Shown: positions 9,493 to 21,492, counted from the first letter of the stretch. The stretch is DNA of 64,000 bases from Anaeromyxobacteraceae bacterium (GCA_032654565.1 JAULAX010000017.1:384001-448000), one strand, 5' to 3'. Made by a program: numbers and translations. Notes: generated from the sequence alone by a model not told the origin.

Positions 9493-11018
9493 CGCTGCCA
9501 CCGCGCCCAGACCTGCCCGATGGCCTCGCCCAGGTCGCCGGCCAGCAGCCCCCGCTCGCCGAGCCTCGCCGCCACCAGGTCGCCGGCGGCGCCATGCACC
9601 CAGGCCGCCACCCGCGCCGCGTCGAAGGGCGGGAGCCCCCCGGCCAGCAGCGCCCCGCAGAGCCCGGCCAGCACGTCGCCGGTGCCGCCGGTGGCCATCC
9701 CGGCGTTGCCGGTGGGGATCACCGCCGCCGCCGCCCCGGGCGCCGCCACCACGGTGCGCGCCCCCTTCAGCACCACCACCACGCCCCAGGCCGTCGCCGC
9801 GGCCATCGCCAGCCCGATCCGGTCGGCCTGCACCTCGGCGGTGGAGCGGGCGCAGAGCCGGGCCATCTCGCCCGGGTGCGGCGTCAGGATCACCGGGGCC
9901 GGGAGCTTCCCCAGCCAGGCCGGCTCGGGGTCGAGGGCGTTGAGCGCGTCGGCGTCGAGCACCGCCGGGCGCCCCGCCCCCTCCAGCCAGGAGCGCAGCA
10001 GCCGCCCGGTCTCGTCGCCGCGGTGGAGCCCGGGCCCCGCCACCAGCGCGTCGGCGCCGCGCCCGGCCGGGAGCAGGGTGGCGAGATCGGCGGGGCCGAG
10101 CGGCCCGTCGCCAGGGAGCGTCACGCTCATCGCCTCGGGCCTCCCGGCCAGGGCCAGGGCCAGCACCTCGGCGCGTGCCGCCAGCGTCACCAGCCCGGCG
10201 CCCCCGCGCAGGGCCCCGCTCACCGCCAGGTGGGCGGCGCCGACCTTGCCCGGCGAGCCGGCCAGCACCAGCACCCGCCCGGCGTCCCCCTTGTGCGCCG
10301 CCGGGTCGCGCCGCGGCAGCAGCGGGCGCACCTCCAGCTCCTCGAGCAGCCGGCAGCGCTCGCCCACCCCGGCCACGGCGGCGGGTGGGAGGCCGATGTC
10401 GGCCACGGTCACCGCGCCGGCCAGGCTCGCCCCCGGGAGGAGGACCAGCCCCACCTTCTGCAGGCCGAAGGTGACGGTGGCGTCGGCCTCGACGCAGGGG
10501 CCGAGCGGCCGGCCGGTGTCGGCGGAGAGGCCGGAGGGGAGGTCCACCGCGACCACCCGGGCCCCGCCGCGGCGCGCCGCGGCCATGGCCGCGATGGCGG
10601 CGGCGAAGCGCCCCTCGGCAGGGCGCGACAGGCCGGTGCCGAGGAGCGCGTCGACCACCAGGTCGTCGGGGCCGGCGCCGAGCCCGGCCCCCTCCTCGAA
10701 GGGCTGGACCGGCACGCCGGCCTCCAGCGCCAGCCTCGCCATGGCCGCGGCGTCGCCGGCCAGCCGCTCCGGCGCCACCACCGCCACCACCCGGACCCGC
10801 CCCGAGGGGTGGAGCAGCCGGGCCGCCACCCAGCCGTCCCCGCCGTTGTTCCCGCCGCCGCAGACCACCAGGAAGCGGCTCTGGGGGCGGACCAGGCGCA
10901 GCGCCGCCTCGGTCACGGCCCGGCCGGCCCGCTCCATGAGCTGCAGCGAGGGGACGCCCAGGCCGTCGATGGCGGCGCGGTCGATGGCCCGCATCTCGGC
11001 GCTCCCCACCAGCCTCAC
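9489..11018 (-). CDS. nnr: Bifunctional NAD(P)H-hydrate epimerase/dehydratase
   Basis: CGGGNNGGDG, DALLGTG, DLPSG, HKGDAG, LDADAL, LTPHPGE and GGTGDVLAG motifs. Confidence 0.95.
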   Translation of the reverse strand: MRLVGSAEMRAIDRAAIDGLGVPSLQLMERAGRAVTEAALRLVRPQSRFLVVCGGGNNGGDGWVAARLLHPSGRVRVVAVVAPERLAGDAAAMARLALEAGVPVQPFEEGAGLGAGPDDLVVDALLGTGLSRPAEGRFAAAIAAMAAARRGGARVVAVDLPSGLSADTGRPLGPCVEADATVTFGLQKVGLVLLPGASLAGAVTVADIGLPPAAVAGVGERCRLLEELEVRPLLPRRDPAAHKGDAGRVLVLAGSPGKVGAAHLAVSGALRGGAGLVTLAARAEVLALALAGRPEAMSVTLPGDGPLGPADLATLLPAGRGADALVAGPGLHRGDETGRLLRSWLEGAGRPAVLDADALNALDPEPAWLGKLPAPVILTPHPGEMARLCARSTAEVQADRIGLAMAAATAWGVVVVLKGARTVVAAPGAAAAVIPTGNAGMATGGTGDVLAGLCGALLAGGLPPFDAARVAAWVHGAAGDLVAARLGERGLLAGDLGEAIGQVWARWQR

Positions 11019-11046
11019 GGCGCCCCCGGCCTGGACCGAGGGAGCC

Positions 11047-11430
11047 TCACGCCCCCTCCAGCACCACCACCGCTGCGGCCACGCCGCCGTCGTGGGTGAG
11101 GGTGAGGTGGATGCGGGTGACGCCGAGCCGCTTGCCGGCGGCGGCCGCCTTGGCCGAGATGGCCAGGGTCGGGGCCCGCCCCTCGGCGCGGGTCACCTCC
11201 AGGTCCTGCCAGCTCACCCCGCGCGGCGCCCCCAGCGCCTTCACCGCCGCCTCCTTGGCGGCAAAGCGGGCGGCGTAGCCGGAGGCGCGGTCCCGCCTCG
11301 CCTCGCAGAAGGCCCGCTCGCCGGGGGTGAAGCAGCGGGCCAGGAACCGCTCGGCGCGGTCCGGCGGGCCGTCGAGGAGCCGGGCGATCCGCCCCACCTC
11401 GACCACGTCCATGCCCAGCCCGAGGATCAC
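11047..11430 (-). CDS. acpS: Holo-[acyl-carrier-protein] synthase
   Basis: [22 protein letters not shown] and LTLTHD motifs. Confidence 0.95.
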   Translation of the reverse strand: MILGLGMDVVEVGRIARLLDGPPDRAERFLARCFTPGERAFCEARRDRASGYAARFAAKEAAVKALGAPRGVSWQDLEVTRAEGRAPTLAISAKAAAAGKRLGVTRIHLTLTHDGGVAAAVVVLEGA

Positions 11431-12155
11431 GACCGGGCCTTCTGGAGGAGCTCCTTCATCTCGCGCACCGCCCGCTCCATCCCCACCAGCACGGCGCGGG
11501 CCACGATGGCGTGGCCGATGTTGAGCTCCTCGATCTCGCCGATGGCGGCCACCGGCAGCACGTTCTGGTAGTTGAGCCCGTGGCCGGCGGCCACCTGCAG
11601 CCCCAGCTTGGCGGCCGCCTTGCAGCAGTCCACCAGCCGGGCCAGCTCCTTGCGCCGGTCGCTGGCCAGCCGGGCGTCGCAGTAGCGGCCGGTGTGGAAC
11701 TCCACGGTGTTGGCCTCGACCCGGTGGGCCGACTTCACCTGGTCGAGCTCCGGGTCGATGAAGAGCGAGACCTCGATGTCGGCGTCGCGCAGGTTCTTCA
11801 CCACCCGCCGCACCTGGTCGCGGGCCCCCACGGCGTCGAGGCCGCCCTCGGTGGTCAGCTCCTCGCGCCGCTCCGGCACCAGGGTGACGATGTCCGGCTT
11901 CACCTCGTAGGCGATCTTGACCATCTCCTGGGCGGCCGCCATCTCCAGGTTGAGCCGGGTGGTCACGGTCTTGCGCAGCACCAGCAGGTCCCGGTCCTGG
12001 ATGTGGCGCCGGTCCTCGCGCAGGTGGATGGTGATCTGGTCGGCGCCGGCCAGCTCGGCCAGCGCCGCGGCGGTCACCGGGTCGGGGTAGGTGGCGCGCC
12101 GCGCCTGGCGCAGCGTGGCCACGTGATCGACGTTGACTCCGAGGCGTGCGGACAT
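11427..12155 (-). CDS. pdxJ: Pyridoxine 5'-phosphate synthase
   Basis: [45 protein letters not shown] and ELNIGH motifs. Confidence 0.97.
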   Translation of the reverse strand: MSARLGVNVDHVATLRQARRATYPDPVTAAALAELAGADQITIHLREDRRHIQDRDLLVLRKTVTTRLNLEMAAAQEMVKIAYEVKPDIVTLVPERREELTTEGGLDAVGARDQVRRVVKNLRDADIEVSLFIDPELDQVKSAHRVEANTVEFHTGRYCDARLASDRRKELARLVDCCKAAAKLGLQVAAGHGLNYQNVLPVAAIGEIEELNIGHAIVARAVLVGMERAVREMKELLQKARS

Positions 12156-12172
12156 GGCCGGACTCTACCGCG

Positions 12173-13573
12173 TCAGCCCAGCGCGCGCCTGATCTCGTCG
12201 GCGATCTGGTCGGCCCAGGCCTTGACCTTCTTCTGCTCCGGCCCCTCCACCAGCACCCGCAGCTTGTTCTCGGTCCCCGAGGGCCGGACCAGCACCCGGC
12301 CGTCCGCGCCCAGCGCCTTCTCCACCGCGGCGATGGCGGCGGTCACCTTGGGCAGCTGGGCCAGCGGCCGCTTCTCGCGCACCGCCACGTTGACCAGCAC
12401 CTGCGGGAAGGGCTTGAAGCAGGCGGCCAGCCGGGAGAGCGGCTTCCCCTCCCGCTTCATCACCGCCAGCACGTTGAGCGCCGCCGCCACCCCGTCGCCG
12501 GTGGTGACGTGGTCCAGGAAGATGAGGTGGCCCGACTGCTCGCCGCCGAAGTTGTAGCCGTGGCGGCGCATGGCCTCGACCACCGCCCGGTCGCCCACCG
12601 CCGTCCGCACCACCTTGCCCCCCAGTGGCCGCAGCGCCGCCTCCAGGCCGAGGTTGGACATCACCGTGGCCACCACCGTCTTCTTGGCCAGCTGCCTGCT
12701 CGCCAGCATGGCCCGCCCCACCAGGGCCATGATGGCGTCGCCGTCCACCACCCGCCCCTGCTCGTCGGCGAGGATGACCCGGTCGGCGTCGCCGTCCAGC
12801 GCCAGCCCGAGGTGGGCCCGGTGGCGCTGGATGACCCGGGCCATCCCCTCGGGGTGGACCGCCCCGCACTTGCGGTTGATGTTCCGGCCGTCGGGGGCGA
12901 CGTTGATGGCCACCACCTTGGCGCCCAGCTCCTCGAAGACCGCCGGCGCCACCTTGTGGGCGGCCCCGTGGCCGCAGTCGACCACCACGGTGAGGCCGTC
13001 GAGGGTCAGGTCCCTGGGGAAGAGCGACTTCAGGAAGACCACGTAGCGGCCGATGGCGTCGTCGACCCGCTTCGCCTTGCCGATGCGGTTGGCGGTGGGG
13101 CGCAGGCCGTGGAAGTCGGCGTCCCCGGGGGCGGCGCCGTCGAGCACCAGCGACTCGATGCGCAGCTCGGTCTCGTCGGGCAGCTTGAAGCCGTCGCGGG
13201 AGAAGAACTTGATGCCGTTGTCCTGGTAGGGGTTGTGGCTGGCGCTGATCACCACGCCGGCGTCGGCGCGCATCGACTCGGTGAGGAAGGCGATGCCCGG
13301 GGTCGGCAGCGGCCCGGTCAGCATCACGTCCACGCCCATGGAGCAGATGCCCGAGGCGATGGCCTGCTCCAGCATGTAGCCGGAGAGGCGGGTGTCCTTG
13401 CCGATGACGATGCGGTGGCGGTGCGGCCCGGAGCGGACCACGTGGGCCAGGGCCCGCCCGAGCTGGAGCGCCATCTCGGCGGTCATGGGGTAGACGTTGG
13501 CGACGCCGCGGACGCCGTCGGTGCCGAAGAGGAGGCGGGTGGCGGGGGCGGCCTTGCTGGTGGTCGAGGTCAT
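12173..13573 (-). CDS. glmM: Phosphoglucosamine mutase
   Basis: [28 protein letters not shown] and RPSGTE motifs. Confidence 0.97.
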   Translation of the reverse strand: MTSTTSKAAPATRLLFGTDGVRGVANVYPMTAEMALQLGRALAHVVRSGPHRHRIVIGKDTRLSGYMLEQAIASGICSMGVDVMLTGPLPTPGIAFLTESMRADAGVVISASHNPYQDNGIKFFSRDGFKLPDETELRIESLVLDGAAPGDADFHGLRPTANRIGKAKRVDDAIGRYVVFLKSLFPRDLTLDGLTVVVDCGHGAAHKVAPAVFEELGAKVVAINVAPDGRNINRKCGAVHPEGMARVIQRHRAHLGLALDGDADRVILADEQGRVVDGDAIMALVGRAMLASRQLAKKTVVATVMSNLGLEAALRPLGGKVVRTAVGDRAVVEAMRRHGYNFGGEQSGHLIFLDHVTTGDGVAAALNVLAVMKREGKPLSRLAACFKPFPQVLVNVAVREKRPLAQLPKVTAAIAAVEKALGADGRVLVRPSGTENKLRVLVEGPEQKKVKAWADQIADEIRRALG

Positions 13574-13585
13574 GGCGGGCGGATG

Positions 13586-14431
13586 CTACCGCACGCCCGC
13601 CGAACCGCCAGCGTTCCGCAGCGCCTGCGCCACCAGGGCCGCCTGCCGGGCCGCCGCCACGTCGTGGACCCGGATGAACTCCACACCGGAGAGGACGCAG
13701 GCGGTGACCGCCGCCAGGGTCCCGGGGAGGCGCGCCTCGACGGGGGCCCCGGTCAGCTCCCCGATGAACCGCTTGCGCGACGGACCCACCAGCAGGGGCC
13801 GGCCCAGCGCCCGGAGCTCGCCGACCCGGGCCAGCAGCTCCACCGTCTGGGCCGGGGTCTTGGCGAAGCCGAGCCCGGGATCGAGGATCACCGATCCCTC
13901 CGGGATCCCGGCCGCCGCGGCCCGCGCCAGCCCTCCCCGCAGCTCGGCCGCCACCTCGCCGAGCAGGTCGGTGTAGCTGGCCAGCCCCGCCATCTGCGCC
14001 GGCGTGCCCCGGGTGTGCATCACCACCACCGGGACGCCGGCCGCCGCCACCGCCGCCGCCAGCGCCGGGTCGACCAGGCCGGTGACGTCGTTGACCAGGT
14101 CGGCGCCGGCCTGCAGCGCCGCCCGGGCCACCTCCCCCTTGCTGGTGTCGATGGAGATGGGGAGGCGGAAGCCGCGGGCCCGGAGCCGCTCGATGACCGG
14201 CACCACCCGCCGCCGCTCCTCGTCGGGGCCCACCGGCGCCGCCCCCGGGCGGGTCGACTCGCCGCCCAGGTCCACGAGGTCCGCACCCTCGCCGGCCAGC
14301 CGCTCGGCCTGGGCCACGGCCTCGTCGAGGGAGAGGAAGCGGCCGCCGTCGGAGAAGGAGTCCGGGGTGGCGTTGACCACCCCCATGAGGAAGGGGCCGG
14401 GCCCGTCGAAGAGCCTGGCCCCGATCTGCAT
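13586..14431 (-). CDS. folP: Dihydropteroate synthase
   Basis: MGVVNATPDSFSDGG, DLGGESTRPG, DPGLGFAK, SRKRF and IRVHDV motifs; ftsH-folP-glmM synteny. Confidence 0.96.
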   Translation of the reverse strand: MQIGARLFDGPGPFLMGVVNATPDSFSDGGRFLSLDEAVAQAERLAGEGADLVDLGGESTRPGAAPVGPDEERRRVVPVIERLRARGFRLPISIDTSKGEVARAALQAGADLVNDVTGLVDPALAAAVAAAGVPVVVMHTRGTPAQMAGLASYTDLLGEVAAELRGGLARAAAAGIPEGSVILDPGLGFAKTPAQTVELLARVGELRALGRPLLVGPSRKRFIGELTGAPVEARLPGTLAAVTACVLSGVEFIRVHDVAAARQAALVAQALRNAGGSAGVR

Positions 14432-14460
14432 CCTCACCTCGAACCTCCGCCGGGCCGGGG

Positions 14461-16356
<1,896 letters not shown>

Positions 16357-16433
16357 GGCTCGATGACTCCCGACGGCGAGGGTACGCCGGCCCGGTGGTT
16401 ATAGCAGCCCGAGCCGCGGGGCGCAGCGGAGCT

Positions 16434-17771
16434 TCACCGGAGCGGCTCGACCCGGAGGACCAGCCCGGCCGCCCCCTCGGCGAGCGCGCCGAGCTCGGGG
16501 ATGGCGAGCACCCGGGCCGCCCCGTCGGTGACCAGCAGCAGCAGGTCGCGGCGCGCCCGCGCCACCTTGCGGTCGATGAGCCAGGCCTTGAGCGACTTGC
16601 TCCCGCGCCCACCGGCCGGGCGGAAGCGATCGCCGGCGCGGCGGGTGCGCGCCTCCAGCGGCCAGGCCACCGCGGCGCCCGCTGCCGCCACCACCAGCAC
16701 CAGCCCCAGCGCCGCCACCGGGAAGCGACCCGGCCCGGGGAGCCTGATCGGGGGCGGCGGCTCGGCGCGCCCCGTCTCGGGTGCGCGCCGGCGCGCAGTG
16801 GTCCGGGCCACCGTGAGCTTCCCGTCGCGCCGGCGGGCGACCAGCCCGGCGCGCAGCTCCACCTGCCGGTCCCCCTCCCCGACCAGCAGCGCCAGCGCCC
16901 GCTCCACGTGCGCCGCCTCGGGGACCGCCCCCCGCCCGCCGGCCAGGAGCGCCAGGCGGCGGATCACCCGCCGGCTCACCGCCGGCGAGAGGCGGCGGAG
17001 CCGGTCCACCGACACCTCCGGCGATGCTCCGAGCACGGCGCGGGCCCGCGCCGCCAGCGCCCGCTCGTCGTCCCGCAGCAGGTCGGCGGTCCGGGCCAGC
17101 GCCACCTCCAGGGACGGGTTGAGCTCCAGCAGGCGCGGCCAGAGCTCCAGCCGGAGCCGGTTGCGGGTGTAGCGCGGGGTGGCGTTGGACGGGTCGGTGG
17201 CCCACGCCAGCCCTCGCCGCGCCAGCCACGCCAGCCCCTCCTCCCGCGCCCGGTCGATGAGCGGGCGGATCACCGGCCCCCGCCGCGGCGGGATGGCCGC
17301 CAGCCCGCGGGCCCCGGCCCCGCGCAGCAGGCGGAGCAGCACCGTCTCCGCCTGGTCGGTCCTGGTGTGGCCGGTGGCGACGCGGACGGCGCCGACCCGG
17401 GCCGCCTCGGCGCGCAGCGCCGCGTAGCGGGCCCGCCGCGCCGCCGCCTGGACGTTCCCCGCGCCCACCTGCACCCGCACCTCGCGCAGCGGGACGCCCA
17501 GCGCGAGGCAGGCGGCGCGCGCCACCTCGGCCTCCTCCTCCACCCCGGCGCGCAGGCCGTGGTCGACGAAGAGGGCGTGCACCTCCCCCACCGCGCCGGC
17601 GTCGCGCAGGGCCGCCAGCGCCGCCACCAGCGCCGTCGAGTCGGGGCCGGCCGAGAGCGCCACCAGCACCGACTCGCCGGGGGCCAGCAGACCGCGCCCC
17701 CGGAGCGTGGCCAGCACCGCGGCCGGGTACGGGTCGAGCCGGGGGCGGCGCGGAGGGCGAGCCCGGGTCAT
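16434..17771 (-). CDS. tilS: tRNA(Ile)-lysidine synthase
   Basis: ALSAGPDS PP-loop, DHGLR, ARRARY, GHTRTDQAET, DPSN and RNRLR motifs; tilS-ftsH synteny. Confidence 0.93.
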   Translation of the reverse strand: MTRARPPRRPRLDPYPAAVLATLRGRGLLAPGESVLVALSAGPDSTALVAALAALRDAGAVGEVHALFVDHGLRAGVEEEAEVARAACLALGVPLREVRVQVGAGNVQAAARRARYAALRAEAARVGAVRVATGHTRTDQAETVLLRLLRGAGARGLAAIPPRRGPVIRPLIDRAREEGLAWLARRGLAWATDPSNATPRYTRNRLRLELWPRLLELNPSLEVALARTADLLRDDERALAARARAVLGASPEVSVDRLRRLSPAVSRRVIRRLALLAGGRGAVPEAAHVERALALLVGEGDRQVELRAGLVARRRDGKLTVARTTARRRAPETGRAEPPPPIRLPGPGRFPVAALGLVLVVAAAGAAVAWPLEARTRRAGDRFRPAGGRGSKSLKAWLIDRKVARARRDLLLLVTDGAARVLAIPELGALAEGAAGLVLRVEPLR

Positions 17772-17953
17772 CTGTGGCCGGCTCCCGGGCCGCTCGGACC
17801 GACCCTGGGGCCGCGCCGGATCCGGGCCCTGGTCCGGTCATTTCCGGCGGTAACCTCGCAGAACCACGATGGCCGCCGAGCCGGCCGCCAGCCCGTGGAG
17901 GGGCCCCGGTGGGAGGCTCGAATCACGCGGAACAACAAAAGGATGGGAACCCG

Positions 17954-17982
17954 TTGTCCCGCGGTCGCGGGAGGGGTAGATT
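17954..17982 (+). promoter_or_regulatory. Sigma70-like promoter of the candidate sRNA
   Basis: TTGTCC (17954-59), 17-bp spacer, TAGATT (17977-82). Confidence 0.6.
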
Positions 17983-17988
17983 CCTGCC

Positions 17989-18063
17989 GGTAGGGCTCGG
18001 GGGTCCCCCCCCTCCCCCTCTGGGCCCACAGGGAGTCGGCAGCGATGCCGGCTCTCTTTTTTT
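17989..18063 (+). ncRNA. Candidate small RNA: hairpin with a C-rich loop plus terminator hairpin
   Basis: Stem 17993-18003/18017-18027 with loop UCCCCCCCCUCCC, then a 12-bp terminator stem and T-tract. No credible upstream + strand CDS explains the terminator. 5' end estimated from the -10 box. Confidence 0.6.
18030..18063 (+). terminator. Intrinsic terminator
   Basis: AGGGAGTCGGCA-GCGA-TGCCGGCTCTCT (12-bp stem, GNRA loop) followed by a T7 run (18057-63). Confidence 0.85.
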
Positions 18064-18109
18064 GGCCGTTCACCGAGCGCCGGGGCTCACCACCGGGGCA
18101 CCGCCATTC

Positions 18110-18138
18110 TTGACCGTGTGGAAGTGCCATCGTACAAG
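18110..18138 (+). promoter_or_regulatory. Sigma70-like promoter of the TIGR04563-like gene
   Basis: TTGACC, 17-bp spacer, TACAAG, ending 36 bp before the ATG. Confidence 0.45.
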
Positions 18139-18174
18139 TACCTCTCTTTCCCCACAGTCCCAGATGGAGCGACG

Positions 18175-18387
18175 ATGTCAGGCACCGACAAGCGCAAGCA
18201 GTCACTCTACTTCCCCGAGGACATGCTGAACGAGATCCAGATCGAAGCCAACCGGCAGGATCGGTCGCTCTCCTGGATCGTCCAGCAGGCCTGGCGGATC
18301 GCCCGGGGCGAGATCATGCGGTTCCCTTCGGTCAACGACGTCCTCTCCGGCGTGGCCCGCGAGGACGACCGGGAGCTGAAGCCCTAG
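18175..18387 (+). CDS. TIGR04563 (MXAN_4361/4362-type) small ribbon-helix-helix-like protein
   Basis: MSGTDKRKQSLYFPEDML.EI..EA.RQDRSLSWIVQQAW matches this myxobacterial family as I recall it. GGAG RBS. Confidence 0.85.
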   Translation: MSGTDKRKQSLYFPEDMLNEIQIEANRQDRSLSWIVQQAWRIARGEIMRFPSVNDVLSGVAREDDRELKP

Positions 18388-18531
18388 CCGGCCCGGCACC
18401 GTCCGGTCTCGCGTCGCGCCCGGTCGGGTCTCCCGTCCGGGCGTTGTCGTTTCTCCTGCGGTAGACTGCGCGGACGATGCCCCAAGAACGACCCGAACGA
18501 CCGCGAACCGGCACTCACCGAGCCGGGCGGC

Positions 18532-19752
18532 GTGCCGGACGACCCGAACGGCTACGAGCCGCCCCCCGAGTTCGACCAGCCTCGGACGTCGCGCGGCCAC
18601 GCCACCGCCGACGACCTCTCCGAGGCCGGCGGCCGACCCCCGCCTCCGCCCCGCCGCCCGGTCGGGCTGCGGCTCGCCCTGGTGGTCGTGCCCGTGCTGC
18701 TGGTCGGCGCCGCCCTGCTCGGCTACCGCGCCTGGCACCGCGCCAAGGTGCTGGCCGAGGGGACGGTGGTCGCCGAGGCGGCGCTGCGGCTCGACACCGC
18801 TGCCGGGTACCGCGCCGCCGCCGACACCCTCGAGCCGCTGGCCCGGCTCGACCCCAGGGACGCCGCCTCGATGCGGGCCTTCGCCCTGGCCATGCTGGCC
18901 AGCGACTACCGGGAGACCGACCTGGGGAGCGAGGCCGAGGCGCTGATCGCCGCGCCGGGGCGCGCCGAGCGGGTGCCGCCCTACGCCGACCTGGCCGCCG
19001 CCGCCCTCTACCTGGGTCGCGGCGCGGTGGGCGACGCCGCCACCTACGCCGGCCGGGCCGGCGACACGCCCTGGGCGGGCGCGCTCCTGGCTCGCCTGGC
19101 CCTCCAGGCCGGCAACCCGGAGGCGGCCTTCGAGCCGCTGCGCAGGTCGCTCTCCGCCGACCCGAAGCTGGCCTCGTCGCTGGCCATGCAGGGCGACCTG
19201 GCCCGCCGGGTGCTCCACGACGTGCACGCCGCCCGGACCGCCTACGCCGCCGCCCTGGCCTCCTCCCGCACCCACCCGCGCGCCACCTACGGCCTCGCCA
19301 AGCTGGCGCTGGCCTCGCAGATCCCCCTCAACGAGGCCATCCTGCCGCTCCGCGCCCTGCTCCACGACACCCAGGCCACCCCGTCGAACGAGCGGGCCCG
19401 CGCCGCGCTCCACCTGGCGGCGCTGGAGCTGCGCGCCGGCGACCGGACCGCGGCCTCCGCCACGCTCGACGCCGTGGAGGGGCTGGACCGTCCGGCCCGG
19501 GCCTGGGCCGAGGTGGCGGTGCTGGTCGCCGCCGCCGACCGGAAGGGCTACCGGGCGGTCAAGGGGCCGCCGGCCCGCTTCATCACCGCCAGTGACGATG
19601 ATCCGCTGGAGGCCGCGGCCATCGATCCCACGCCGCCGCCACCGCCGCCGCACAAGGCCACCCCCAGGCCGGCCCCCAGGCCGGTCAAGAAGGCCCTGCC
19701 GCCGGCCAAGAAGCCGCCGGTCAAGAAGGCGCCGGTCCGCACCAGCCCGTAG
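18532..19752 (+). CDS. Membrane-anchored helical-repeat (TPR-like) hypothetical protein
   Basis: One TM helix, Ala/Leu-rich helical repeats, Pro/Lys-rich tail, GC3-rich frame. Confidence 0.7.
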   Translation: MPDDPNGYEPPPEFDQPRTSRGHATADDLSEAGGRPPPPPRRPVGLRLALVVVPVLLVGAALLGYRAWHRAKVLAEGTVVAEAALRLDTAAGYRAAADTLEPLARLDPRDAASMRAFALAMLASDYRETDLGSEAEALIAAPGRAERVPPYADLAAAALYLGRGAVGDAATYAGRAGDTPWAGALLARLALQAGNPEAAFEPLRRSLSADPKLASSLAMQGDLARRVLHDVHAARTAYAAALASSRTHPRATYGLAKLALASQIPLNEAILPLRALLHDTQATPSNERARAALHLAALELRAGDRTAASATLDAVEGLDRPARAWAEVAVLVAAADRKGYRAVKGPPARFITASDDDPLEAAAIDPTPPPPPPHKATPRPAPRPVKKALPPAKKPPVKKAPVRTSP

Positions 19753-19813
19753 CGGCAGGAGCCCGTAGCGCCAGGAGCCCGGGGCCCCCGGTCCGGGCCG
19801 CCAGCTCCGCCGC

Positions 19814-19853
19814 TGCTCGATCCGGCGGCAGCCCGCTGCCGCAGCATGGAGCA
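19814..19853 (+). promoter_or_regulatory. Tandem enhancer-binding-protein (NtrC-like) sites upstream of amtB
   Basis: TGC-N11-GCA at 19814-19830 and 19837-19853. Confidence 0.55.
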
Positions 19854-19904
19854 GCCCCGCGAGGGGCGCCGCGGAACCACTGGGGTTCTCCCCTGCCGTG
19901 TGCC

Positions 19905-19920
19905 CGGCATGCAGGCTGCA
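19905..19920 (+). promoter_or_regulatory. Sigma54 -24/-12 promoter of amtB
   Basis: CGGCATGCAGGCTGCA = GG-N10-GC. Confidence 0.65.
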
Positions 19921-19964
19921 CGGGGGACGGGCAGCTGCCCACCGCCCGTTCACCTGGAGGACTC

Positions 19965-21275
19965 GTGAGACTGCTCACCGCCGCGCTCGCCCTCGCCGCA
20001 CCCGCACTGGCCGTCGCCGCCGACGGCCTCGACACCGGGGACACCGCCTTCGTCCTCTTCAGCGCCGCCCTGGTGCTGCTGATGACGCCGGGGCTGGCCT
20101 TCTTCTACGGAGGGCTGGTGCGGGCCAAGAACGTGGTCCACACCATGAACATGTCGCTGGTCTGCATGGCCTTCGTCGGCGTGCTCTGGGCGCTGGTCGG
20201 CTACAGCGTCGCCTTCTCCCCGGGCGGCGCCCTCGACCGGTTCGTCGGCGGCCTGGCCTGGGTCGGCCTCGCCGGCGTCGGCGCCCGCCCCGAGGCCTCG
20301 CTGGCCGCCACCGTGCCCCACGGCGCCTTCATGCTCTTCCAGGCCATGTTCGCCGTCATCACCCCGGCGCTGATCTCCGGGGCCCTGGTGGAGCGGGTGC
20401 GGCTCAAGGCCTTCATCCTCTTCGTGATCCCCTGGAGCCTGGTGGTCTACGCCCCGGTGGCCCACTGGGTCTGGGCGCCGGGCGGCTGGCTGCGCGGGCT
20501 GGGGGCGCTCGACTTCGCCGGCGGCACCGTGGTGCACATCAACGCCGCCGCCGCCGCGGTGGTGGGGGCCGCCCTGCTCGGGAAGCGACGCGGCCTCAAG
20601 GCCCCCACGGTGATGCCGCACAACGTCCCCTTCGCCATCCTCGGCGCCGGCCTGCTCTGGTTCGGCTGGCTCGGGTTCAACGGCGGCAGCGCCCTCTCCG
20701 CCAACGGCCTGGCCGCCCACGCCTTCGCCAACACCTTCTTCGCCCCGGCCGCGGCGGCGGCCGCCTGGGTGCTCATCGAGCTGACGCTGCACGGCAAGGT
20801 CTCCGGCGTCGGCCTGGCGTCGGGCGCGGTGGCCGGCATGGTGGCCATCACCCCGGCGGCCGGCTACGTCACCCCGCTCTCGGCGCTGCTCATCGGCGCC
20901 GCGGCCGCCGTGGCCTCCTTCACCGCGGTGCGCTACCGCCCCCGGCTCGGGCTCGACGACTCGCTCGACGTCTTCGCCGTCCACGGCGTCGCCGCCACGC
21001 TGGGCGCCCTGCTCACCGGGGTGCTGGCCAGCCGGGCCATCAACCCCGACGCCGCCGACGGCAGCCTGCGGCTGCTGGGGGTGCAGGCCCTGGGCGTCGC
21101 CGTCACCTTCGCCTGGTCGGGCGGCCTCTCCCTCCTGCTCTTCAAGCTGGTGGGGCTGGTCACGCCGCTGCGGGCCGACGAGCAGGACGAGTGGACCGGC
21201 CTCGACATGACCGACGCCGGCGAGCGGGCCTACGTCACCTCGGAGACCGAGTCGTCTCCGCACTCCGCGGGCTGA
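19965..21275 (+). CDS. amtB: Ammonium transporter
   Basis: LLMTPGLAFFYGG, FQAMFA, AHWVW, DFAGGTVVH, LWFGWLGFNGGS and DDSLDVFAVHG motifs. GGAGG RBS. Confidence 0.97.
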   Translation: MRLLTAALALAAPALAVAADGLDTGDTAFVLFSAALVLLMTPGLAFFYGGLVRAKNVVHTMNMSLVCMAFVGVLWALVGYSVAFSPGGALDRFVGGLAWVGLAGVGARPEASLAATVPHGAFMLFQAMFAVITPALISGALVERVRLKAFILFVIPWSLVVYAPVAHWVWAPGGWLRGLGALDFAGGTVVHINAAAAAVVGAALLGKRRGLKAPTVMPHNVPFAILGAGLLWFGWLGFNGGSALSANGLAAHAFANTFFAPAAAAAAWVLIELTLHGKVSGVGLASGAVAGMVAITPAAGYVTPLSALLIGAAAAVASFTAVRYRPRLGLDDSLDVFAVHGVAATLGALLTGVLASRAINPDAADGSLRLLGVQALGVAVTFAWSGGLSLLLFKLVGLVTPLRADEQDEWTGLDMTDAGERAYVTSETESSPHSAG

Positions 21276-21386
21276 GCGCCTGTGGGGAACTCCCCTCACG
21301 GGCGCTGAGCGCCCACCCGGGCCTTCGGGGCGCGTCCAGGGCCCGCTCCGCGGCGTCGGGGCGGGCTCGCCGCGCCTCGCCGGCGC

Positions 21387-21426
21387 TGCTCGCTGACCGC
21401 TCACGCCGCTGCCCATGGCCGGCGCA
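21387..21426 (+). promoter_or_regulatory. Tandem enhancer-like sites upstream of the exported protein gene
   Basis: TGC-N11-TCA (21387-21403) and TGC-N11-GCA (21410-21426), with the same 23-bp period as at amtB. Confidence 0.5.
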
Positions 21427-21476
21427 GCGCCGCCGCCCGGGGCGCGGAACCCTTGGAATCAGGGGGCTCCCGGCCT

Positions 21477-21492
21477 CGGCACGCACGCTGCA
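21477..21492 (+). promoter_or_regulatory. Sigma54 -24/-12 promoter
   Basis: CGGCACGCACGCTGCA = GGCAC...GG-N10-GC. Confidence 0.7.
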
